A DNA stretch of 64,000 bases from an uncultured Methanomicrobiales archaeon (lineage in GTDB: Archaea > Halobacteriota > Methanomicrobia > Methanomicrobiales > Methanospirillaceae), in the NCBI GenBank assembly GCA_963758915.1, contig CAVWXH010000016.1, forward strand, positions 381,789 through 445,788. Reading direction: 5' to 3'. Shown piece after piece: positions 53,069 through 64,000 of the stretch. A model generated the notes under the pieces. The model had not been told where the DNA came from, did not search any database, and worked only from the letters and a program-made list of their open reading frames with translations. Numbering within the stretch: position 1 is the first letter of the stretch; each line of letters begins with the position of its first letter. The position numbers and the translations under genes were made by a program.

Positions 53069-56000
53069 TTATCTAACCGTTTTACCCTGGTCCTGAAGCC
53101 TCTGGACCAGTACATACCCGGATTTTTCACCGGACGGGCCCCTTATTTCAGACACTGATGATTCAACAGTGACCCGGCCTTCACTTGTTAAGAGTGAGTA
53201 CAGAATGAGTGAACTGCTGTCCTTTTCGATATCTGAAATAAAATCCAGGACAATTTTCCGGTATTCAACTGCAATAATACTGCTTATATGCTGGCCGATT
53301 ACATCTATTCTCCCATTATTCCCTAACAATTCAGCCATTGCAGAATTTAATTTCCGGATTTTACCATTCCTGTCGAGGACAACGACAAGATCTGCCGAAG
53401 CGTTCAGGGCATCAATGAACAAGGCCTGGTCCGCGTTCACATCTTTTAGAGCCTCAATTTGTTTTGCCAGGTCATCGTGCTGCCGCGATAACTCCTCTAT
53501 CTGCAACCGGGTACTGGCATCGGATAACCAGTGGGCCTTATGAAGTGACGCTTCAAACATTTTTAACGGAGTAATTTCATGGATTGTCATAATAGCCCCC
53601 ATACGCACGCCTTCCCTGTTGAGTAAGGGGGATGCTTTTTCAAGGTACCAGGTCACCACTGAACTATCTTTTTCGCGGACCCCTGATTCATGGATCAGGC
53701 TTATCCCAAGGACTACAACATCCGGAAATTCGCGGGTGACCTCATCAGCGGGTAGATCAAGGAGGTCTATCAGGGGGGGCATTACATCCGTTTCGGGACG
53801 CAACACGCTTGCATACCTGTCGGTCCCAATGAGCAGTTCCCTCTTTGTACCGGTAAAATCTTCAATAGCCCGGTTCCAGGCGATGACATGGTGAGATTGA
53901 TCGATGACAAATGTCGGGTCAGGAAGAAACTCGATAACATCAGAAAGCTCCCGGTCAGTCACGTTCAGCTTATCCCGGAGTTCTTTAAGTTCAGTGATAT
54001 TCATAAATGAAAGGATGACGTAAAGGTTTTTATCTGAAGAATCAGCGATGCGGCTCACCTTCAGTTCGGCGAAAATCTCTTTTCCATTGCGGTCTTTAAT
54101 CCCTACCTCGCCTTTCCAGCCATCATTTTCATAGCTCTGTATCCTCACGTTTTGCAGCATGGTAAGCAATGCGGGGTCTCCATGGGTAAAATGTTCAATC
54201 GGGTGATAAATGACCTCATCAATGGAATGGTACCCAAGCATTTCAACAAATGCCCGGTTCGCGTAAACTACATTTCCGGCAAGGTCCAGTATTACAATGG
54301 CATTTATTGCTGCGGAAACCGCATTTTCCTTCAGGAATAGTTCATGTTCAGCTCGTACCCGGGATGAAATATCGGCAAACATGGCCATCATGCAGATCGG
54401 ATTTCCGGATGCGTCCCTGACCATGCTCGCTGATAGTTGGGCATTCAACCGGGACCCATCCCTTCTTCTTGGATGAATTTCTCCAATCCAGCCACTATTT
54501 TTTGATAATGCCCCTTTAACTTCCTCAATAATTTTTAATTCAAGGGGGTCTTCATGCGCAAAAAGTTCCATGGGTTGACCGATGACCTCATCTGGGGATG
54601 TGTAACCAAATATCCTCATAAATGAACGGTTCGCAAATAGTCACGTTACCATCCATCCCTGCAATAGCAATACCGTTTACTGAAGACTCAATTGCATATT
54701 CCTTGATGAGAAGGTCCAGCTCGTCCTGTTTCCGCCGGGTAATATCCCTCGATATACTGGATACCCCGATGACGTGCCCGTGCTCATTCAGGATTGGTGA
54801 GAGGGTAAGTGAAATATCGATTAATGTTCCATCCTTTTTCCTCCAGACGGCCTCATGATTATCAATACACTCTCCCTGGTTTATCCGCTCAAGGACGTCG
54901 ATAAAATGATCCTGGTCTTCCGGTGGGAGTAAAAGTGTAATAGACTTTCCGGTAATTTCTTCCGTGGTATACCCGAATGTTTTTTCTGCACCGTTATTCC
55001 ACGAAATTATCATCCCATCTGGTGATTTTCCGATAATGGCATCTTCTGAAGAATCAACGATGGATTTATGGATTGCCCGGATTTTTTCCACCTCCAGGCG
55101 GTCGGTAATGTCTTCGTAGGTGATAAACTGCCTTGCACCTGATATCGAAACAGCACGGATCTCGATATCACGGTACGAGCCCTCTTTTGTTTTTATTACG
55201 GCACGGATCTGGGTCACCTCACCTATCGCTGATGTGTATAACCAGCGCACACGGGTCACTTCCATCTCTTTCCGTACGTTTTCATCCGGGTAGGCAAGGG
55301 CCTGCCATTCCCTGATTGTCGGGAGTTCCTCTTTCGTGTACCCGAATACCTCGGTAAACCTGTCATTAATGTAGATAATTGCCCCTGAACTTTCAACAAT
55401 ACTTATCGGGAATGGTGAGTAATCGACTATCTTTCTGAATTGATCTTCCTGATCTTTGAGTGCTGCTTCAGCTGACTGTTTCTGGAGCGCAATCGACGCT
55501 TCCCTGATATATGTCTCGAAGATATCTACACGGGGAGGAATCGCTCCTCCTTTCATCAGGAGGGCGATCCGGCCGAGAAGTGTGTCTTTCCTGGCAAGCC
55601 CGACCACGTAAATTCCGGAAATTTGTAGTTTTTCTTCGAGTTCGGAACAGACTTCCGGAGGATACGAACGGTTAATCGCCTCGTACAGCGATACATCGAT
55701 CTTTACCAGCTTCCTTGAAAGCAGGGTCGACCTCGGACGGTCAGACATGGGGTAGGTCATCCCCACCGGATCACGACCCATCAGTGCTGTGATCTGTTCT
55801 CTTGCCAGGTCATCGAGAACCACTCGCGTAAGAAACAACCCGGTAATCTCGTCATAGGAATGAACAACAACCACCGAGTCAGGGATAAGTTCTAAGACCC
55901 CTTCCCCAATCAGATAATAAAGGTCATCCTTCCCTGCGATATCGATTAACTCACTGGTTCTCCTTGAGAGCATTTCAAGGCCCTTAATATAATCGAATGC

Positions 56001-56954
56001 CTTTTCCTCTGCCAGTATCTTTTCAGTGATGTCCCGGCCAACCGACTGGTACTCAATCACCAGGCCCTGCTCATCAAAAACGGCCCTGTCGCTCCATCGC
56101 TGCCAGCGGACATTACCATTGGGCATAATGATGCGGTGATTGATACTGTCTACGGGATGGTCGGGGGTCAATGAAGCAAAATGGGCCTTTACCAATGGAC
56201 GGTCTTTTAGGGGTACTTCCGGAATAAATACTTTATTCTCAATCTCTTCCCGTTTTTTGCCAAAATAACGCAGGTACGCTTCATTTACGAATACATGAGT
56301 CCCATCCGGGAGAAACCTAGATATAAACTCGGTCTGGTCTTCTACGATATTCCTGTACCTGGCCTTACTCTCCATGAGCTGGTGCTCATAAACTTTTGTT
56401 TCAGTCACGTTTTCAAGGATAATAGTGATCCCATGAGTTCCTTCTTCAAAAACGGTGGGGACAAGTTTCACCCGGTAAAATATTTCCATCAGGGCACTGT
56501 CGGGTGTTGCAGGACGTTCATACCGGATGTTTAGCGAAATCTCAGTTTTATCAGGAGAGTCCTTTATCGCATCTTCAAGCCGCAGCTCCGGAATAAAAGG
56601 GAGCGGGACATCAGGAAGCGGTGTACCAATAAGGTTCTCCCTGGTCATAGTAAAGGCCTGGAGAAAATTTTCATTGACCTGCAGGATCCGGAGGTCTGAG
56701 TCTACGATGATTACCAGGTCTGATGAGAAGGAGAGCATTGCGGAGAGCGGCACCCTTTGCGAGAGGAAATAGATTTTTGCAGTCCCGTAACTCCTCATTT
56801 CAACCTGGCCGGAAATAAGGAGGAGGTCGAGGTACTTCGCAACAGAGTTACGGTTCATCTTCAGGCTGTGGGAGATATCAGAGATACTCATGCCCTTTGG
56901 CTTGAACTTAAGGAGGTTCTTGATCCTGGCAATCTTCTCCTGCTCAAGTATCAT
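53069..56954 (-). CDS. Winged-HTH + 8 PAS + GAF-like sensor/regulator; frameshift near 54630
   Basis: N-terminal KGMSISDIS.SLKMNRNSVAKYL HTH; eight PAS N-box segments; no kinase or receiver motifs. Confidence 0.85.
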
Positions 56955-57137
56955 TATATCGTGTTAGGGTGCCGGGAGCTGATAAAGTGTTGTGCTTGAA
57001 TATCCTTAATCGGAACTGCTTCATCACCGGTATTTTTGAATGTCTTCCTGTATTGGGAGGTTTTCCACACGGCCAGGGGAAAAGGTTTATTATACCATCG
57101 TTTTCCAATGGTTAGTTAATCGCGGAGTATAACAGGG

Positions 57138-58314
57138 ATGCGTATTTTCACCGTTTTCTTATGTATTTTTTGTCTGGCAATAGTATCCGGCGTATATGCC
57201 GGGTGTGGTATCGATACCAACCCATACGATGACGATCCCGGCCCTCTTCCAAATGGTTTCTATCCTCCGGCAGCAGATTTTTCCGGGCAGCCGGCGCAGG
57301 GTTATGCACCCCTGACCGTCATGTTCACGGACATTTCAACCAATGTGCCAATTTATTGGGCCTGGAATTTTGGTGATGGAATATCATCCAATGATAAAAA
57401 TCCGGTCCATACTTACCAGTCTCCGGGAGTATATACGGTATCAATGACAGCCGGAAACCGGTATGGTGGAAATTCAATTACTAAAACAAGCTTTGTTGTT
57501 GTAAACCCGGCCTCATCCACACCGGTTGTAGATTTTTCTGCCAATATCACTTCAGGCTTTGCACCGCTACCCGTAGAGTTCACTGATCTCTCTACTGGCG
57601 GCATAATCATTTCAAGGTTATGGACATTTACCCATGATGGCATACCGGTACCGGAAACTGCACACGGCCAGAAGATTACTCACAATTTTTCCGAACCAGG
57701 TCAATACAATGTTACCCTTACGGTAACCGGTGAAAACAATGGATCTGCATCCCGGGAAAAGACCTATTATATTAGTGTAAGACAACCGCCCCTTGTAACA
57801 GGGTACTATTACGTTGCACCCGGGTTGGAACCTCGTATCCACGCCACTCCCGCTAAAAGACCAGCACCGTACTGCAGGCCAGGTATTTGCCGCAATCGAT
57901 ACGGACTCACGCTCTATTTACTCGTATGATGCAGGTCTGAAACAATTCGTCGTCCTGAATTCAACCTCGGAAATTTTACCACTCAAAGGAATATGGGTTT
58001 ATTCAAGAAATGAGGCCCCTCTGACATTTAATTACCAGGTGACACGCCCGGTAACAATCTCAATGCACATGCCTTCGGGCTGGAACCTCATCGGGTACCC
58101 TGCAATTGAACCAGGAAATGCACGGGCAGGTTTTGCCTCAATAGGTAACACCTGGTCTACCATATTACGGTTCGACCCGGTCACTCAACAGTACTTATCA
58201 ACGATTTTCAATGAGGGTGCAGGGGGACAGAGTGACCAGCAGATAATGGACCCCATGCAGTCATACTGGATATTCATGCCAAGAGAGGGCGATTTGATAA
58301 TTACCCTCAATTAG
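57138..58314 (+). CDS. Secreted PKD protein (2 PKD) with C-terminal 'GWN'-repeat domain; frameshift near 57802
   Basis: Signal peptide, WAWNFGDG, then PGWNLVSTP...KGIWVY...SGWNLIGY...QSYWIF. Confidence 0.82.
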
Positions 58315-58923
58315 TCATTTTTACTATTTTTTGCATGTTGGAACGGGAGAATAGTCACCTTTTCTGTAACCCTGCTGCGCGCGAGAACCGATTTCCAAAT
58401 AAGGGCCATTTCAGGAATAATGTCAGACAAAATACAAAATTACTTCTATTATAAGACGTTTTATTCAAATTAAATCCTAAATTGGACTTAAATATTATAA
58501 GCCCTAAACAGGCAGGAATTAGAATCATACTATATTCAGAACTGACCGGAAATGGCAATAATTCAATAATTTCAGTTAATTTTAAAAAAATAACGTCAAT
58601 CAATAGGTTTCAGCCTGTGAGTTTTTGCTCAGACCGAATAGTTAATCATCTCATAAGGAGTGGATAATTCTTCCCCTGTTCACTCATCCGGTCGTCCAGA
58701 GGAGTTAAAATACCAAAAAATGCCGAAAACTTTATATGCAGCAAAATCTCATCCTGACTCATATAAATGATTACATCAAGGTGGCAAGAGGGAACGATCT
58801 GCTGATTGGAATGTACATTGTTATTTTTCCAGTTTCGTGGGGCGTTTCTTCTTTGCATGATGTTTCAACTCCGAGCAAAGAGATGATCGTATGCATACAA
58901 AAGTGTTGGTTCCAAAACTCAGG

Positions 58924-61900
58924 ATGACCAAGTGGCTGGTCCTCCTGTTATTTATGACTTTGATGCTCTTCGCAGTATCACCGGTACAGGCAGCAGCCCC
59001 TGTTAAGACAATTGAAGCAGGGGATAATGTATTCATTGGTGAACAGGGTCTTGATGTTAGTCTTGCAGTGAATGGTGCTACCTCATGTTGCAAGATGGGC
59101 CCCGGGTGCTAGACAGGAATATTGATCAACCGGATCATATTGTTCCGGTATCCGATGACCAGACAAACTTCAATATCGGAACTGCAAATTTCCGTGGATT
59201 TGAAGGTCCTTATTACCAGTGGACTGGTACATCCACCTGCAGGAAATTTTACATTCCAGGTCAGTGAGCCCACAATTGCGGTAGTTCTCCATGATACACA
59301 GGGTGTAGTCCCGTCCGGTTCAAGCCGGTATATCGGAACAAAGGTAAATTTTGAAATCCAGACAAATCTGGATAGCATTGTTAGCCAGCGTGGTGTATCG
59401 GACCGGAATGGTATTATTAATATGTATGTCCGTTCTCCTAATGGGATTACTTACACGTCGTTGTTCACCAGTGATACCGTTTCAAAGATTCTCATAGATC
59501 TGACTGGTCGGTGCTAATCCATACTTCTGGTCTCCAAGCGAGTCAGTGACTACTGGAAAACCGCATCCAAGGATTCGGTCAGCAGACACTTACGGTACCC
59601 CGCAGGGGAGTATTCCATCTGGGCGGAATCCTTTATCAACCAGATGAATGCGATTTCTCCGAACCAGAAGCTGAACCTTGATTACTGAAACACTTAACAA
59701 TCACTTCACCATCATCAGTGACACAGATCAAACCAGTTTACGGTTAACGTCACAGGACGACCCAATACAACCTATACGTTGTTTATCATGGGTGACCCGT
59801 GTAACCTCATGGCATGGTTCTGACTGCAATCAGCCCCCTATGATATTAGCAGGGCAGCGTGGTGTAACATTTGACCCAGAAGGTGGTCCAGGAGAGCATA
59901 CTTATCCAATTGGAAATCAATTGATATACCCTGTACTTTGTCAGGAAGATGCAACAATTAGGGATGTTATACCTCACCAACTCCTTATGATGGGACCAGG
60001 TATTATGCAAATGTCACTACTGATGAAACGGAGTTCATTTCAGTTGGATTCAGCACATCACCAGAAACCGCACCAAGAACCTATACTATCCATGTGCAGG
60101 GAATGGGACTTGATGAGCAACCCAAATATGCCGATACAACAACTGCTGTAACCATGGGTGTTGTAACACTTGAATATGCCAGAGCACAGCAATTCTCGGA
60201 GAAGATGTTCCCATTTCAGGATCCAATACCGATAGTTTCACAACATATCTCTATCTTACCGGGCCATGTCAGCCGGTTTGTGGGGCGAACCTGACAAATC
60301 CGGATATCCCGGTAACCAATGGCGTTGGATCAACATTTACCTGGATAAATGTCACGAATTACGACCGTACCTGGATATATAACCCACTGGAAAACGGCTG
60401 GGAAACCAGCGACCTGAAAATTCAGCCAGGTGTCTATACGATCTATGCTACAAGTAAACCTGTTGATGCATGTCATCTTCCAGGTTGTGTTGCATACACA
60501 TCACAGAGTAATCACACTATTGGAACCAACTCTCGACGCAACAATTACTCCGGAAATCCTTATAAGAGATTGTTGTTCAGCGGCAATGTGTTATAATAAA
60601 TGGTAATACTACCGGCAATGACACTCCACGAGATTGAATACTGGATATTCGGAGAACAGAAAATCGGTGATAAACATTATTATCATGGATATATCGAAGA
60701 CTGCTGTGGTGATTTCGAGATAAATCTCTGTGATGATATTACCAGATTAGATTACACATACCCGCCGGAAAATATTATGTTGTGCTCCAGCACCCGATGT
60801 ATAACCATGTATTCGATGTGATGATTGAAGGGGACTACAATGGTGATTCAGCATATAGCCTCCTGAATCGACAATAATCGGTGAACAGAACAAATTATAT
60901 GTCATCAGTTCTGCCCAATCAGGTGGAGCAAGATGTTCCCGATTGAGGGAGCAGATGCAAAGCGTGAAATTGATGCACTCAATGCCTTAAGGCAGCCCTT
61001 AATGATCCGGGAATTGATGATATCTACCTGACCCTGAATTTCACGGTCAAGGATGCAAATGCACCGACTGCTGCATTTACCGGAAGCCCGACATCAGGTA
61101 GTGCACCCCTTGGAGTTCAGTTCACTGACCAGTCACTGTGGTAACCCAACCAGCTGGGCATGGGAGTTTGGTGATGGAACAACCTCAACAGAACAGTTCC
61201 CCTATCATATCTACTGCACATGAAGGAGATTACTCGGTAAAGTTAACCGCCTCCAAGGTTGTCAATGGGAAGACCTACAGTGACTCCATCACAAAGACGA
61301 ACTACATCATGTAGGTGCAGTCCCACTCCAGGCAGCATTTACCGGAACCCCGAGAAACGGACAGTCACCGCTGAATGTCCAGTTCACGGACCAGTCGACG
61401 GGAACACCGACCAGCTGGTTCTGGGACTTTGGCGACGGCCAGTACTCATCAGTCCAGAACCCGTCACATACCTATGCAACCGCGGGATCATTTGCAGTTA
61501 CACTTACTGCTTCAAAACTGGGTGTCAGCAATTCACTGACTGTTCCGGGTTACATTGTAGTGAGTGGTGTCCCGACAACAACACCAACCCCGACTCCGAC
61601 ACCGGTACCATACGACCGTATCACGCTCTCACCAGGCTGGAACTTCGTTTCAACACCTAAGCTCCTGGCATCAGGATACAACACCGGTGCGATATTCAGC
61701 AACGTGGACATGGGAGGACGCTCGGCATGGATATGGGATGGATCAAAGACCCCGCCACAGTGGGTACCGGTTATCTCAACCACACCAGTTCAGCCACTCT
61801 ACGGTATCTGGATCTACTCGGTCTCGAACACTGTCGTGAACCTGAACTTTGACACAAACCTGAATTCCCCGCCAACACGGAGCCTCCCTGCAGGATGGAA

Positions 61901-62123
61901 CAGCATCGGTTTCACCGGTGTAACCCAGCAGCCGGCACGGAACACGTACCTCTCGGTCAAGCCAAACTGGACGACCTCGATGGGGTTCAATGCAATCACC
62001 CAGAAGTATGACCCGACAATCTTCAACGGTGACCCACAGACCGAGTTCACGGTGCTGTACCCGACAAAGGGTTACTGGCTCTACATGATGACCCCGGGTA
62101 ACCTTGCAGCGATTGGTGCATAA
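58924..62123 (+). CDS. DUF3821/S-layer-like surface protein with 2 PKD and a C-terminal 'GWN' domain; heavily frameshifted (error-ridden or pseudogene)
   Basis: Signal peptide followed by TIEAGDNVFIGEQGLDV. Fragments QPPMI, YDGTRYYA.V.TD, YYVVLQHPMYN, WEFGDG, WDFGDG lie in shifting frames. Intact tail PGWNFVSTP...AGWNSIGF...KGYWLY. Confidence 0.72.
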
Positions 62124-62124
62124 G

Positions 62125-63982
62125 ATGGATCCGAAATTCCGAATAACCCATAAATTTATTTTTTGTTTGTTCTTTGTTGCGCTGTTCGGAATAGCGACCG
62201 TTTCAGCAGTACCACCCTGGCCCCAGGAATTCTACGGGACCGTAACGGTAAACGGAGGAGCTCCGGCCCCCGTACAAAGCGAAATCCGGGCCCAGATAAA
62301 CGGGGCCGACAGGGGATCATTCATTACCGATGTTGCCGGTTCCTATGGAGGTCCCGGGAATTTTGTTCCAAGACTTATCGTGCAGGCAACTGAAGCTGAT
62401 ATGTCAGGGCCTGCGGTTATCATGTTCTACGTGAACGGTGCAAAAGCAGACCAGCAGGTCAGTTATGTTGCAGGTAATTCGGGATTTCTTGCGTTAACCG
62501 TCGGTTCGGGCGGGACACAGACCCCAACCCCTGTACCAACATCAACTCCAGCTCCAACATCAACTACAACACCAGTGCCGACTGATCAACCAATGCACTG
62601 AACCAACCGGTGTCCCATCCCTTCCACAAAATTTCTACGGGATGGTTACAACGGCGGACAACCAGCTGGCACCCTTTGGGACCTTTGTACAGGCATCCGG
62701 ACCGGGTGTATTCAGCGATACCCCGGGAAACCCGTTCTTTGTGACAGTCCCAGGGCAGTACGGTTCGACTAATTACACTCAACCGAAACTTTCGGTCATG
62801 GGAACTATTCCCGATGGAACCCCGATTACCTTCACGATCAATGGCAGCCCGGCCATGTGTTACAATGTAGATGCACCGAACGGCTGGCAGGCAAGCGTTC
62901 CATTCCAGAGCAGCGGATCGACACACGTAGACCTGAAGTCCTCCTTCCTGCCTACTGCCGCATTCACTGCAGTTCCAATCCAGGGGCCACCTCCACTCAC
63001 CGTGGATTTCACTGATCAGTCAATCGGCGATCCTACATCCTGGAACTGGAGTTTCGGCGATAACCATTTCTCAACCGCACGGAACCCAAGAAATATTTAC
63101 TACGCGAACGGCCAGTACACCGTTACGCTGACCGTTACTAACAACTACGGTACCAACACCCTGACAAAAACCAACTACATCTTCCTCTTCAACAGCAATG
63201 GTGGCGGAGGAGGCGGCGGTGGCGGTGGGGGCTACATCGGCGGCGGTGGCGGTGGAGGCGGCGGTGGGGACACGGCAACCAAGACACCGACCCCGACACC
63301 AACCGTAACAATCCCACCCGTCACGGCAACATCGATCACTATCGGATCCGGTGACGGCATTGCACTGATAACGGCAAGTCCGGGTACGAACATGACCTCG
63401 TCCAGTGGAGCGCCACTATCAAACCTCACGATCACAAGGGTCGAGCGCTCTCTGGTCCCGCCCGTGCCGGCAGGAGCTACCTATAGTTTCACCGGGATCG
63501 CCTATGATGTCGAACCAAGCGGTGCAACGTTTGACCCGTACGTGACGATCAGCTTTACGCTGTCGGAGAACGAGTGGAATGCACTTGCAAACCAGGACCT
63601 TTCAATCAAGTGGTACAACACGGCGACATCCCAGTGGGAAGACCTCCAGACAACCGTCAACCCGACCACCCGGACCGTAAGTGCGAAGATCACGCATACA
63701 ACAATCTTCGGGTTGTTCACCCTGAACCCACCGACGCCGGTACCGACAACAGTTCCACCAACAGCAACCCCGACACCGACCAAGGCTGCAGGGATTATTC
63801 CGTTCCTGCCATTCAACATGATGACGCTCCTGATGCTGTTCGTCGTGGTCATTATCATCGTCGCAGTAATAATGGTGATAATTATAATCCGCAGAAGAAA
63901 ACAGCAGAAAGATGAAGATACAGGAGATGAAGGAGCTGCGGAACCGTCGGATGAACCACCCGACTGGCTTGACCTGAAATAA
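62125..63982 (+). CDS. Membrane-anchored surface protein: two P-x-x-FYG domains, PKD, Gly linker, beta-sandwich, TM; frameshift near 62593
   Basis: PPWPQEFYGTVT and (after the shift) PSLPQNFYGMVT; WNWSFGD; poly-Gly; YNTATSQWEDL..T....RTVSA.ITH; TM followed by RRRK. Confidence 0.82.
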
Positions 63983-64000
63983 CCAATTTTTTCGATTCTT

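Noticed and set aside
1-64000. CRISPR array, rRNA, inteins, or in-frame Sec/Pyl recoding
   Set aside because: No regularly spaced repeats or rRNA were seen, MCM and RFC have normal lengths, and the gene breaks are frame changes rather than in-frame TGA/TAG readthrough.

Overview
Core-genome window of a methanogenic archaeon. The gene content (tes, carS, mptD, pantoate kinase/PPS, TBP, MCM, two RFC small subunits, DUF3821/PKD surface proteins, HTH-multi-PAS sensor) and sequence style suggest Methanomicrobiales; this is an inference, no search was run. The window holds about 40 CDS: lipid synthesis, replication/repair, a 10.5-kb rfcS-mcm-...-CoA-rfcS2 gene run, two acyl-CoA synthetase paralogs and large PKD surface proteins. 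It also has one tRNA-Leu(CAG), an internally deleted IS66, an IS630 remnant and about 8 copies or fragments of a 240-460 bp MITE-like repeat. Many genes, including essential ones, are split by single-base indels, most likely long-read assembly errors. Signals the ORF track does not show: (1) a two-hairpin box H/ACA guide RNA whose pockets match 23S rRNA U1915 and U2586 (E. coli numbering) with exact 14-nt ACA spacing; (2) an acyl-CoA synthetase fused to a ribbon-helix-helix domain, with an inverted-repeat operator bracketing its own TATA box (candidate PutA-like autoregulatory enzyme); (3) a hidden stand-alone DnaJ-type 4x CxxCxGxG zinc-finger gene; (4) probable non-AUG starts for dnaG (ACG) and carS (ATT); (5) a possible docking/scaffold pair of surface domains ('GWN' tails and 'FYG' domains).
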